Source of the DNA: Promethearchaeota archaeon | GTDB lineage: Archaea > Asgardarchaeota > Lokiarchaeia > Sigyniarchaeales > SOKP01 | NCBI GenBank assembly: GCA_016839745.1 | Contig: JAEOTS010000010.1 | Location: 1 to 33,352, forward strand | Length of the DNA: 33,352 bases | Reading direction: 5' to 3' | In this document: positions 17,877 to 27,150 of the stretch, piece by piece | Numbering within the stretch: the first letter of the stretch is position 1 | Layout of the letters: each line of letters opens with the position of its first letter | Notes under the pieces: generated by a model | Seen by the model: only the letters and a program-made list of their open reading frames with translations | Databases searched by the model: none | Told to the model about the DNA's origin: nothing | Translations under genes and position numbers: made by a program

Positions 17877-20627
17877 ATGACAAGCGATTTAACTAAAATT
17901 TACGATCATCGCACAATTGAAAAGGAATTATACGAGTGGTGGGAAAAAGAGGGTTTCTTTGCTCCTGAAAAGTCAAAAGAATTGGGCATTACCAATGAAA
18001 AATCAGAAAGATTTTGCATTACAATACCCCTTCCAAATGTAACGGGGCAACTCCATTCAGGTCATGCTTTAGTGATTTCACTCGAAGATTTGATGACACG
18101 TTATGAGCGGATGCGACAAAAAGAAACACTTTATATACCGGGCACCGATCATGCCGGGATTGCGACTCAAAGTGTCGTTGTTAGGGAATTACAAAAACAG
18201 GGAATAAATCATAAGGAGTTAGGACGCGAAAAATTCGTAGAAAAAGTTTGGGAATGGAAACATAAATACCACGCCCGAATTACTGAGCAGTCAAAAAGAA
18301 TGGGTATAAGTTGCGATTGGAGTCGAGAGTATTTCACCTTGGACCCAAATTTATCAAAAGCCGTCCGAGAAGCCTTCTACAGATTATATCATAAAGGTTT
18401 GATATATCGAGGAGAATATATGGTTAATTGGTGCCCTGGAAGGTGCGTTACAGCAATCTCAGACTTAGAGACTGAGGCTATTGATGAACAAGGGCAATTA
18501 TGGTATATCAAATATCCAATCATTACCAAAGATTGGAAGGGTCCCCAGTATTCTTGGGCAAGCGGTAAATGGGCTGAAGGTGCTACAGATTTTATTATTG
18601 TTGCTACGACAAGACCTGAGACGCTTTTAGGTGATAGCGCTGTGGCTACGATTAAATCCCATCCCAAATATGCAAAATATATTGGTAAGCAAGCAGTTAT
18701 CCCTGCTGTTAGCCGATCCGTTCCAATAATTGCCGATCCATATGTCGATCCTGAATTTGGAACTGGAGCTTTAAAAATTACGCCTTCTCACGATCCTAAT
18801 GATTTTGAAATTGGAAAAAAGCATAATTTGGAATTCATAAACATTTTTAATGAGAACGCTCAGATTCTCCCTGGGTTTGTTGAGTCTTATACAGGTCTAG
18901 ATCGATTTGAGTGTCGGAAAGTAATAATTAATGATCTTGAAAAGGAAGGCTTAATAACCGAAATTGAGCCATATATTCACGCTGAACCGCACTGTCAACG
19001 ATGTCATTCAACCATTGAACCTCGTGTTTCTATTCAGTGGTTTGTGAAAACAAAGCCACTTGCTGGACCTGCAATGGAGAAAGTTCGGAACGGTCAGACA
19101 ACAATAATTCCTGAAAGAGAACAACTGCGTTTTTTTCAATGGATGGAAAACATACACGATTGGTGCATATCGCGTCAACTTTGGTGGGGCCACCGGATTC
19201 CTGTATGGTACTGTGATGATTGTGGAGAAGAAATTTGCCCCGAACCTGATGTGGAAGCGGTTTCAACTTGTCCTAAATGTAAAAGTTCTAAGGTTCGTCA
19301 AGATGAAGATGTGTTGGATACTTGGTTCTCAAGTGGTTTATGGCCTTTTTCAACCTTAGGTTGGCCTAATACCGATCATCCAGATTATAAACGCTTCTAT
19401 CCAACCGATACTAGGGAAACGGGTTACGATATTCTTTTCTTTTGGGTTGCAAGAGAAATGATGCTGGGAATCGAACTTACAGGACAAGAGCCATACCATA
19501 CCGTTTATTTACACGGTATGATTCGAGATGAAAAAGGACGAAAAATAAGTAAATCTATGGAAAATATTAATCAGTATGATCCTCTTGTAATTATTAAAGA
19601 ATATGGTGCGGATTCCCTCCGGTATGTAAATATATCAAATAGCGTTCCAGGATTAGACACTAATTTAGATCCAAAAAATATTGAGGTTGCTCATAGATAT
19701 TGTAATAAGATTTGGCAAGCGTCTCGTTATGTTTTAACAAACATTTCTAAAGATGATAAAATTAGTAAAATAAGTGAATTAGAATTAGATAAGTTAAAAT
19801 TTCCCGATAGATGGATACTTTCTCGTTTAAATTCCGTAATACGAGAAGTTCAATCTTACATGGATGATTACGATTACTTACGTATGACAAGAGTAATAAA
19901 GTCGTTTTTTTGGAGTGAATTCTGTGATTGGTACATCGAGATGAGCAAGATTTTTCTATACGATGATAACTATATCGATAAACATATTCATAAATCTATT
20001 TTATTACATGTATTAGAAACCTTTTACAAATTACTACACCCCGTGATGCCCTTCATTACAGAAAAATTGTGGCAGACTCTCCCAAAAAACCTTAAAGATA
20101 CTCCCACAATAATGTATGCTCCTTGGCCAGAAGCACAAGAATCATTTATCGATCCAAAAATTGAAGATAGTTTTGTATTGATGGCTGATTTTGTCCGTGA
20201 GGTGCGTCGGGCAAAACATGACTTTGGAATTCCTTTAAATACCCTTGTACCTTTACACATAGAGACAGATACTAATCGAGAATTGTTTGAATTATGTAGG
20301 AATGAATTAATCAAAATGGGATTTATAGACGAAGATAAATTCGTAATCGATAAAAAAATTGTTCCACCCCCCCATTCAGCCAAAATTGTCCTCCGTGGAA
20401 TACCTGCATTTGTTCCTTTGCCTGATACGGTTGATTTCGAGAAAGAAAAAGCAAGAATTATAACCGCGTTAGAGAAAGCTAAAAAGGAGGCTAATAAAAT
20501 TGAAAAGAAGCTTCAGAGTCAATTCGCTGAGCGAGCTCCAAAAGAATTAGTCGAGAAAGAAAGGCAAAACCTTGAAGAGTTAAGGATTAAAATTGAACAA
20601 CTTGAAGATCAATTAGAGATTCTTTAA
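17877..20627 (+). CDS. valS: Valine--tRNA ligase
   Basis: PNVTG.LHSGH (HIGH), GTDHAGIATQ, ATTRPET, GTGALKITP.HD, DWCISRQLWWGH, DVLDTWFSS, KISKS (KMSKS), FCDWYIE, LHP.MPF.TE, C-terminal coiled coil. Confidence 0.97.
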   Translation: MTSDLTKIYDHRTIEKELYEWWEKEGFFAPEKSKELGITNEKSERFCITIPLPNVTGQLHSGHALVISLEDLMTRYERMRQKETLYIPGTDHAGIATQSVVVRELQKQGINHKELGREKFVEKVWEWKHKYHARITEQSKRMGISCDWSREYFTLDPNLSKAVREAFYRLYHKGLIYRGEYMVNWCPGRCVTAISDLETEAIDEQGQLWYIKYPIITKDWKGPQYSWASGKWAEGATDFIIVATTRPETLLGDSAVATIKSHPKYAKYIGKQAVIPAVSRSVPIIADPYVDPEFGTGALKITPSHDPNDFEIGKKHNLEFINIFNENAQILPGFVESYTGLDRFECRKVIINDLEKEGLITEIEPYIHAEPHCQRCHSTIEPRVSIQWFVKTKPLAGPAMEKVRNGQTTIIPEREQLRFFQWMENIHDWCISRQLWWGHRIPVWYCDDCGEEICPEPDVEAVSTCPKCKSSKVRQDEDVLDTWFSSGLWPFSTLGWPNTDHPDYKRFYPTDTRETGYDILFFWVAREMMLGIELTGQEPYHTVYLHGMIRDEKGRKISKSMENINQYDPLVIIKEYGADSLRYVNISNSVPGLDTNLDPKNIEVAHRYCNKIWQASRYVLTNISKDDKISKISELELDKLKFPDRWILSRLNSVIREVQSYMDDYDYLRMTRVIKSFFWSEFCDWYIEMSKIFLYDDNYIDKHIHKSILLHVLETFYKLLHPVMPFITEKLWQTLPKNLKDTPTIMYAPWPEAQESFIDPKIEDSFVLMADFVREVRRAKHDFGIPLNTLVPLHIETDTNRELFELCRNELIKMGFIDEDKFVIDKKIVPPPHSAKIVLRGIPAFVPLPDTVDFEKEKARIITALEKAKKEANKIEKKLQSQFAERAPKELVEKERQNLEELRIKIEQLEDQLEIL

Positions 20628-20632
20628 ATTTT

Positions 20633-21538
20633 CTAATAAAAGGATAGATCCTTAATATCTGGAATCTGTATTTGAGGAGCATTTTTTCTTATATATTCGA
20701 TAGATTCTATAGTTTCATCCTTCGTCAACTCGAAAACAACAGGACCATCAAAATTCTTCCGATCTATCAGATTTAAAAATTCGGGAGGAAAGTTCTTTCC
20801 AGTTCCTAATGCGCTATGATCAGAGAATAAACTCTTATCGTCGTAGTCTTGAAGGTGTATTTCAACGGTTTTATCCAAATATTTTTCTGTTATTTCGAGG
20901 AGATCGTGATTTCCTGAAAAGCCACCAAGAAAATGTGCCGTATCTATACATAACTTTGTCCCTAACTTATTAATGATTTTCATTGTTGCTTCAAAAGGGA
21001 ACTCTATATTTTCTATGGCAATTTTATTTTTATTGATATTAGTTTCTTCGATAAATCGCTCAATACTCTGAATAGCATTAACACTGAATAATTCTGCTGT
21101 AATTTCCTGAATCTGCCGGTTTTCAATAAAATTGATGACGCTTGCGACCGTTTCGCCAGTGGGATGCAATACAAATACATCTACATCATCTTCAAGTTCT
21201 ACAATAGAATTATAGGAGTGGATTAAAGCATTAACGCTTCCTTCGCGTATAAATTCATTTGGACCTCCAAGATCGAGGCTCAAGAAAGGAAGATGAGCCG
21301 AATAAGTGATGTCATATTCGTTTTTAATGTCTTGTAATATTCTAATTTGACGATTATTCATCGGAATCGGAAAAACTTGGAACAAATCCAACTCAATTTC
21401 AAAATGTTGATATCCCGATTCAGCAGCCCTCTTAACCAAGTCAGAAAACTGAAATTCTGATATTCCTTCCAACCCTTTTTTGGCAAGGATACCATCAATT
21501 AATAGATCATAAGTCATGGGTGAAATTCCAAATCTCAT
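20633..21538 (-). CDS. AP-endonuclease-2/xylose-isomerase-like TIM-barrel metalloenzyme (possibly CbiR-like)
   Basis: SAHLP, VLHP, IAIEN, CIDTAH, IHLQD, DH.ALG.G and VVFE metal-ligand pattern. Confidence 0.8.
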   Translation of the reverse strand: MRFGISPMTYDLLIDGILAKKGLEGISEFQFSDLVKRAAESGYQHFEIELDLFQVFPIPMNNRQIRILQDIKNEYDITYSAHLPFLSLDLGGPNEFIREGSVNALIHSYNSIVELEDDVDVFVLHPTGETVASVINFIENRQIQEITAELFSVNAIQSIERFIEETNINKNKIAIENIEFPFEATMKIINKLGTKLCIDTAHFLGGFSGNHDLLEITEKYLDKTVEIHLQDYDDKSLFSDHSALGTGKNFPPEFLNLIDRKNFDGPVVFELTKDETIESIEYIRKNAPQIQIPDIKDLSFY

Positions 21539-21727
21539 ACTATATGGTCAACAATTTTCTACAATTTTATATAAATTGTTAAAAGGGGCTTAATTTTTAA
21601 ACTTTAATTTCTTTTTTACATTACCATAATATTAGGAACATTTATCATGAATTTATCAAAAAGAGAAAGAGTGATTAGGACATTAGAACTCGATGCTAAT
21701 ATTGACAAGCTCCCCGTTCATTATCTG
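21497..21727. repeat. Direct repeat copy 1 (~230 bp) of the bidirectional promoter region and both gene 5' ends
   Basis: Aligns without gaps to 23503-23733 (offset 2006). A hand count gives about 33 mismatches in 228 bp (~85% identity). Confidence 0.92.
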
Positions 21728-21781
21728 CAAATTGCTATTTATATATATTTATATATAAATACAACTTATAGTCTCATATGA
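21647..21781 (+). pseudogene. Truncated 5' remnant of a URO-D-family gene
   Basis: MNLSKRERVIRTLELDANIDKLPVHYL matches the first 27 aa of the CDS at 23653, then runs into unrelated AT-rich sequence and stops. Confidence 0.85.
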
Positions 21782-21825
21782 GATTAAACATGGTGTTTTA
21801 ATCCAACCCACACAGGAGATGAAAA

Positions 21826-23463
21826 ATGGCAAACTTGAATAAGGTCACACCGCCCATAGAAATCGAGGGAGGCAAGATAACCGGTACCTACGAAGAGAAG
21901 GGTAAAGTAGCTGTCTTTAAAGGAATTCCTTTTGCCAAACCACCGGTTGGCGAATACCGCTGGCAGCCGTCCCAACCGGTGGAACCGTGGGAAGGGGTGA
22001 AAGCAGCCAAGGCGTTTGCTCCATCCGCCTATCAAACAATGATGGACATAAAAACATTTTTTAACACCCTGATCAACGGCCAAGGCTGGGGAATTGTTAG
22101 AAAATCTTTAATCAAACTAATGCTGGCAATTATGCCGCTTTCTCCCAGCCAGAGTGAAGATTGTCTATATTTAAATATTCGCACCCCAAACCTGGATGGA
22201 AACGACAAACTGCCTGTAATGGTGTGGATACATGGTGGGGACCATCTGGATGGCGGGGGTGCAGAGGTTTTTTATCAAAGCAATGTTTTAGCACTCCGTG
22301 ATGTTGTCCAAATAACTTTTAACTACCGTTTGGGTATAATGGGTTACTTCGCGCATCCGGAATTAAGCCGGGAATCAGATCAAGGCGTTTCTGGCAACTA
22401 CGGAACATTGGACCAGATTGCGGCACTCAAATGGGTGCAGAATAATATCTCCATGTTCGGCGGCAACCCGGATGATGTGACGATCTTCGGCCAATCCGCC
22501 GGCGGAGAATCAGTGGCCCACATGCTCACATCGCCTCTGTCTCGCGGTCTGTTTCACAAGGCTATAATGCAAAGCCCAGCCAATAGCGGTCAGATGATCC
22601 ATTTAAAACACCCTTTTATGAAACACAAACCACTGGAGGAATCCGGGAAAATTTTCGCCGATCTGTTTGTGGAACCAGGCGAAAAACAGCTGGACGCCTT
22701 GAGAGAGGTTCCCGCCGAGAAAATGTACCAGACATTACGGAAAAATCCGTTATTAAGCGAGTTTTTCCCAAATATTGATGGGTATGTTTTAGAAAAAAGT
22801 CCTTTTGAAGTATTTCTAGAGGGCGAACAGGCCAAGGTTCCACTATTGGTGGGCAGCAATTCCGATGAAGCCTCAGTAATTTATCCCTTATTTCCATCTC
22901 CTTTGATTGAATTCAAACATCGTGAATTCTTACCAGCCAACATTGCTGATTTGATACAGGAGGAATTTGGAACAGATGCTGAAAAAATTTTTGAACTCTA
23001 CCCAGGTGCCAATGAGGGTAATACCGATGCCCTGACTGACATGCTTGGAGACAGTATGTTCGGTGCGAAGGCTTTTTTCTATGCGGTTCAGGCCGCAAAA
23101 AGCGGACAACCTGCTTTTCTTTACTTTTTCTCCCAGACGCTGCCGTCACCTAAACAAACAATTGGAGCATTTCACGCCATTGACGTTCCACACTTGTTCG
23201 CAAAGAACACGCCCATCGTTCCTTTGAATAAAACGGCTCTTGAACTTTCAGAAATAATGGGTGATTACTGGACTCAGTTCGCCAAAACCGGTAATCCGAA
23301 CAAATCCCCCAGACCGGAATGGCCGCAATTTTCATTTGATAATCAGGAGTATATGGTCTTACGGGGGTCTTGCCATAAAGCACCTGTGGAAAGAGCCGCC
23401 AAGTACGAAGTGATTAATAACCGTCTCTTGCGGCAGATTGAGCAAATGAAGGCGATGTGGTGA
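21826..23463 (+). CDS. Type-B carboxylesterase/lipase (COesterase family)
   Basis: FKGIPFA.PP.G..RW, SEDCLYLNI, VWIHGG, NYRLG, GNYG.LDQ.AAL.W, FGGNP..VTIFGQSAG (nucleophile Ser), N.DE, GAFH. SD CAGGAGA. Visibly GC-richer than its flanks. Confidence 0.95.
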   Translation: MANLNKVTPPIEIEGGKITGTYEEKGKVAVFKGIPFAKPPVGEYRWQPSQPVEPWEGVKAAKAFAPSAYQTMMDIKTFFNTLINGQGWGIVRKSLIKLMLAIMPLSPSQSEDCLYLNIRTPNLDGNDKLPVMVWIHGGDHLDGGGAEVFYQSNVLALRDVVQITFNYRLGIMGYFAHPELSRESDQGVSGNYGTLDQIAALKWVQNNISMFGGNPDDVTIFGQSAGGESVAHMLTSPLSRGLFHKAIMQSPANSGQMIHLKHPFMKHKPLEESGKIFADLFVEPGEKQLDALREVPAEKMYQTLRKNPLLSEFFPNIDGYVLEKSPFEVFLEGEQAKVPLLVGSNSDEASVIYPLFPSPLIEFKHREFLPANIADLIQEEFGTDAEKIFELYPGANEGNTDALTDMLGDSMFGAKAFFYAVQAAKSGQPAFLYFFSQTLPSPKQTIGAFHAIDVPHLFAKNTPIVPLNKTALELSEIMGDYWTQFAKTGNPNKSPRPEWPQFSFDNQEYMVLRGSCHKAPVERAAKYEVINNRLLRQIEQMKAMW

Positions 23464-23502
23464 TATGCAAGCCATCGCAATTTTAAGTGTACAAATTTGA
23501 AA

Positions 23503-23544
23503 AATTAATAGCTCATAAGTCATGAGGGAAATTCCAAATCTCAT
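23503..23544 (-). pseudogene. 14-codon 5' remnant of the TIM-barrel gene at 20633-21538
   Basis: MRFGISLMTYELLI here versus MRFGISPMTYDLLI in the intact gene. Confidence 0.8.
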
Positions 23545-23733
23545 ACTATATAGTCAACAAACTTATACAATTCTATATAAATTGTTAAAAGGGGCTTAAT
23601 TTTTAAAGTTTAATTTCTTTTTAACATCAATAATGTATTATAAGCTTTTATTATGAAATTATCAAAAAGAGAAAGAGTAATTAGAACGCTAGAGCTCAAC
23701 GATAATATTGACAAGTTACCCATTCATTATTTA
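23503..23733. repeat. Direct repeat copy 2
   Basis: Matches 21497-21727; contains the intact start of the URO-D gene at 23653. Confidence 0.92.
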
Positions 23734-24825
23734 GGTTTTGAGTTTACTGCCAGCGCTTATCAGAAATTTCTAAAAACTGACGAATATACCAAAAATAAAA
23801 CAATAGTAGAAAATGATTTTTCTAGGGTAAAATATTGTTGGGCAGGTGATATTACTGAACTACGATTCTGGAATGTTGATTGCCATTCAATGGATCCATG
23901 GGGTCCCAAAAAATTCAAAGAACCTGTAAAGCGCGCTCCTCCGGAATATCCAGAATGTAATATTAGTGCGTTAGACGGGAGGTTGTGGAAATGGGTTAAA
24001 CAGGTTGATACTGGTATGGCTTATCTATGGTATGTTGATGGTTACTTCACGACTCCGGAGAGAGCACATCATTACTGGGATAAATATGGAAAGCCTTCAG
24101 AGCAAGTCAATGATAAGCTTAACTATACACCCCAGATATGGGATGGATATGTAGATTCTTTAAAAGACTATGTATATCCGATGGCGTTCGTACCTATCGC
24201 TATTCACGAATCTTTGATTGAAGGAATGACGATGGGGCGAGTAGCCTACAATATGCGAAAAAATCCCCAATTCATCCATGAAGTTCTTAGTGAATATACT
24301 AAATTAAACATAGAAGTTATTAAACGCTTTCACGAAGCAGGCGTAGACATAGTTTTCTACTCGGACGATTTGGGTTATAAAAGACGGTCAATGTTATCGA
24401 TTGAGCAATTTAAGGAGTTCATTCTTCCCTATTATAAACAATTGTATAACGCTTGTGCGCAAAGAGGAATGTTTATCGTTCAACATTCTTGCGGATACAT
24501 CGACAACAATTTACCCTATATGGCAGAAGCAGGACTTAACTGTATCCAAGCACTTGAACCTGCTGCCGGTGTTGACTTGGCTAATTTAAAGCAAACACTC
24601 GGAGATAAATTAAGTTTTATGGGAGGAATAGATTCAAGTCCGATTCTCAACTTTGGCACACCGGATGACATTGTACAGGAAGTAAAACGCTGCGTAAGAG
24701 CAGCAGGGTATAATGGGGGATATTTTGTAGGCCCCTCACATAACATTTTAACTACTCCGTGGGAAAATCTTAAGGTGTTAAGAGATGCGATTGAAAAATA
24801 CCGAAAATATCCAATTGCATTTTAA
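23653..24825 (+). CDS. URO-D / MtaA-CmuA family TIM-barrel protein (paralog of 13453-14613)
   Basis: KRERVIRTLEL, RFWNVD..MDP.G, APPEYP, SDDLG, QHSCG, GPSHN, PWEN, KYRKYP. Confidence 0.88.
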   Translation: MKLSKRERVIRTLELNDNIDKLPIHYLGFEFTASAYQKFLKTDEYTKNKTIVENDFSRVKYCWAGDITELRFWNVDCHSMDPWGPKKFKEPVKRAPPEYPECNISALDGRLWKWVKQVDTGMAYLWYVDGYFTTPERAHHYWDKYGKPSEQVNDKLNYTPQIWDGYVDSLKDYVYPMAFVPIAIHESLIEGMTMGRVAYNMRKNPQFIHEVLSEYTKLNIEVIKRFHEAGVDIVFYSDDLGYKRRSMLSIEQFKEFILPYYKQLYNACAQRGMFIVQHSCGYIDNNLPYMAEAGLNCIQALEPAAGVDLANLKQTLGDKLSFMGGIDSSPILNFGTPDDIVQEVKRCVRAAGYNGGYFVGPSHNILTTPWENLKVLRDAIEKYRKYPIAF

Positions 24826-26957
24826 TTCTTAAATATACCAATTATTGGAGATAATGGGGGAATTTCAAACTCAATCTTAAATACATCTTTAGAATTTTGA
24901 TTCAAATCTAAGGTTTCCAACTTCTGATTTGTCCCATCGTAAAGATCTATACTCCTTATTTTAAGATTATATCGATGTGGATCAATACGAATTTCTACTT
25001 TTTGAACTCGACTATTAAGATTATAAACCGTCAAAACTCCTAATTTATTTCTTTCATCCACATGAAGATGAACTTTTTGGTTAATCCCATAAAATGTTCC
25101 TCGAGTGAAGAAAGGTTTCAGTTTTTTATAAAGAATCATAGCATTTTTCAAAGCTTTATATTTTCTATCATCTTTATTACTCAATCCCCCAATTCCTAGA
25201 TGCCTTGCTAGAGAGGCGAAATACCAGAATTGTAGCATGTTTTCGTTATCACTATTTTCATTTATGTGTAAGTAGAGAGGAATTGAATAGGCTAAGTTAT
25301 ACTCGAAAAGTTGTAATGCTCTTCCTGATAATATATCCTGCATAGGATTCCACATGCATTCAAATCCCCAATTCTCGTCAAAACTATGAGGGAGATTATG
25401 TTGGAAATACAATGGGTGCCTTGGCTTTACTCCCCGATCATGTGCTTCTATTAGAATGTTTGGATATTCCTTTTTAACATTCTGGATAACCTTAAGAATA
25501 TTTTCAACATGGGTTTGTCTTCTCATCGGGACTTCATGACCGTGTTCCTTGCTAAAACACCCAAGATCTTCAAACATAAAATTTGAGAGATCAGTGAAGT
25601 CAAACATGAAGAAATCTATTCCTTCCTTGGCTAATGTTAATAGTCTCCTCGTTTTTTCCTGAATCCAATGTTCATTGGCGCATAATGAAAAAAGATTAAT
25701 ATATGGATCTGCAACAACCTTTACTCCTGTTTTTGATATAAGGTACCATTCTTCAGGAGCATTCTTACCCTCAAAATTCATCATTAGATGCAAAGCTAAT
25801 TTCAATCCATATTTGTTGTGAATTGTCTCAGAAAACTCTTTTAGAGGACCAAAGCGTTCTTCATTCCAAATTTCAGAACCTAGTGCCGTATTCCAGCCTG
25901 GATCGAGATATAAACATTCTGCTCCAATATCCTTAGCTAAAGCTGCCTCTTCATACAATTGCTTTAGTGTATAAACTTCAAAATCTATCCCTTCGACAAA
26001 AAAACCAGTTTTTTCTGAAATCCATCCTAAGTTATACAATTCGTTCCAATGAACAGGGGGATCGTAATCTTGTTTAAAATTGTGTCCATGTTCCTCAAGA
26101 TGATTTCTATAAAGATAAAATCCCTCTTTGTAATCCCCCTTATAGCTAGCATACCGCGTGGTACCAAATGCATAATTTTGATTAGGTTTAAGGGTTGTAG
26201 CGAGTTCTGGATTGCCTTCGTAAAGTGAAACACCTCCAAATACAATGGCAACATCTTCTGCACCTCTTCCTGGCAAAGTAGTTGGAAGTCTATTAAATCG
26301 AGAATATTCCATCTGCGTTGGATTATATTTGCATATAAGTAATCCTCCCTCCACATTACCCCATAACCAGCCTTCGGCGCAAAAACCGGGCATTTCAGCT
26401 TCCTTAGCAACCCAAGCTCCAAATAAGATATCATTAGCACTAAATTTCTCCTTTTTTCGATCATCTCCATATCCGATATATCTTCTAGTTGGGATTGATG
26501 TAAGGGTAAATTCGTCCAGGTGATCAACCCAACCAGAATATTGCTTATAAAAAGCTTTCTTAAATCCAAAATTGAGTAGTCCAAATCTAACTTTTTTATT
26601 ACCGCAATTAGTTAATGTGATCTTTTCTTCTAACCACTGGCTATCTTCTTCAAGTTTAAACTCATGAGTAATTTTAATATCAGTTTCTTCGAATCTTCCT
26701 TCTATAATTAGCGTATTAGAACCTTCCTGACGAATATCCCTTGATGACAATTTTTTAGCTTTATGTTCTGATCCTAAGTGGAGTAGATAGATATAACGAG
26801 ATCCTCTCTTACTCGAAGTTAGAATTCTATAATGATAGTCCTCATCGGCATAAATTAAATCATCTACTTTGCTATGAAGTATATAGCGGATTCCTTGAGT
26901 TTCATCTTTTTGGATTTTCAGCTTCCAATATTGATTTTCTAAAATATATTCGACCAT
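24822..26957 (-). CDS. Putative glycoside hydrolase, alpha-galactosidase (GH36/clan-D)-like
   Basis: N-terminal beta-rich domain, then a barrel with PVHWN, A...GAE.LYLDPGW, WNEERFG, GLKL.L, GIDFFMFDF, P.ILIE, and a C-terminal beta domain. The similarity was recognised by eye only. Confidence 0.55.
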   Translation of the reverse strand: MVEYILENQYWKLKIQKDETQGIRYILHSKVDDLIYADEDYHYRILTSSKRGSRYIYLLHLGSEHKAKKLSSRDIRQEGSNTLIIEGRFEETDIKITHEFKLEEDSQWLEEKITLTNCGNKKVRFGLLNFGFKKAFYKQYSGWVDHLDEFTLTSIPTRRYIGYGDDRKKEKFSANDILFGAWVAKEAEMPGFCAEGWLWGNVEGGLLICKYNPTQMEYSRFNRLPTTLPGRGAEDVAIVFGGVSLYEGNPELATTLKPNQNYAFGTTRYASYKGDYKEGFYLYRNHLEEHGHNFKQDYDPPVHWNELYNLGWISEKTGFFVEGIDFEVYTLKQLYEEAALAKDIGAECLYLDPGWNTALGSEIWNEERFGPLKEFSETIHNKYGLKLALHLMMNFEGKNAPEEWYLISKTGVKVVADPYINLFSLCANEHWIQEKTRRLLTLAKEGIDFFMFDFTDLSNFMFEDLGCFSKEHGHEVPMRRQTHVENILKVIQNVKKEYPNILIEAHDRGVKPRHPLYFQHNLPHSFDENWGFECMWNPMQDILSGRALQLFEYNLAYSIPLYLHINENSDNENMLQFWYFASLARHLGIGGLSNKDDRKYKALKNAMILYKKLKPFFTRGTFYGINQKVHLHVDERNKLGVLTVYNLNSRVQKVEIRIDPHRYNLKIRSIDLYDGTNQKLETLDLNQNSKDVFKIEFEIPPLSPIIGIFKN

Positions 26958-27150
26958 CTTCCTTCCCTTTCGAATATTATAATGATATGAAATCTAACAT
27001 ATCAAATTTATGCTTGTTTTCACTTTTGGTAAAAGTACTCATTAAAAAGGGAAATATTAAAAACAAAAAAAGTTGATTAGTATTAATCAAAATTTTTTAA
27101 AAAGAAATAACAAATAAGCAATTATTTAAAAATCTAAATTTGGTGTTTTT

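Noticed and set aside
23359-23544. 61-aa minus-strand ORF as a real gene
   Set aside because: Only the first 14 codons are a duplicated stump; the rest is largely antisense to the esterase 3' end.
21497-23733. IS element, composite transposon or prophage att sites
   Set aside because: There is no transposase or integrase, and the repeats are diverged host promoter and gene sequence rather than terminal repeats or a short target-site duplication.
26027-26584. 185-aa alternative-frame ORF inside the GH36-like gene
   Set aside because: It has no recognisable motifs and is nested in a longer coherent CDS, so it is probably a shadow ORF.
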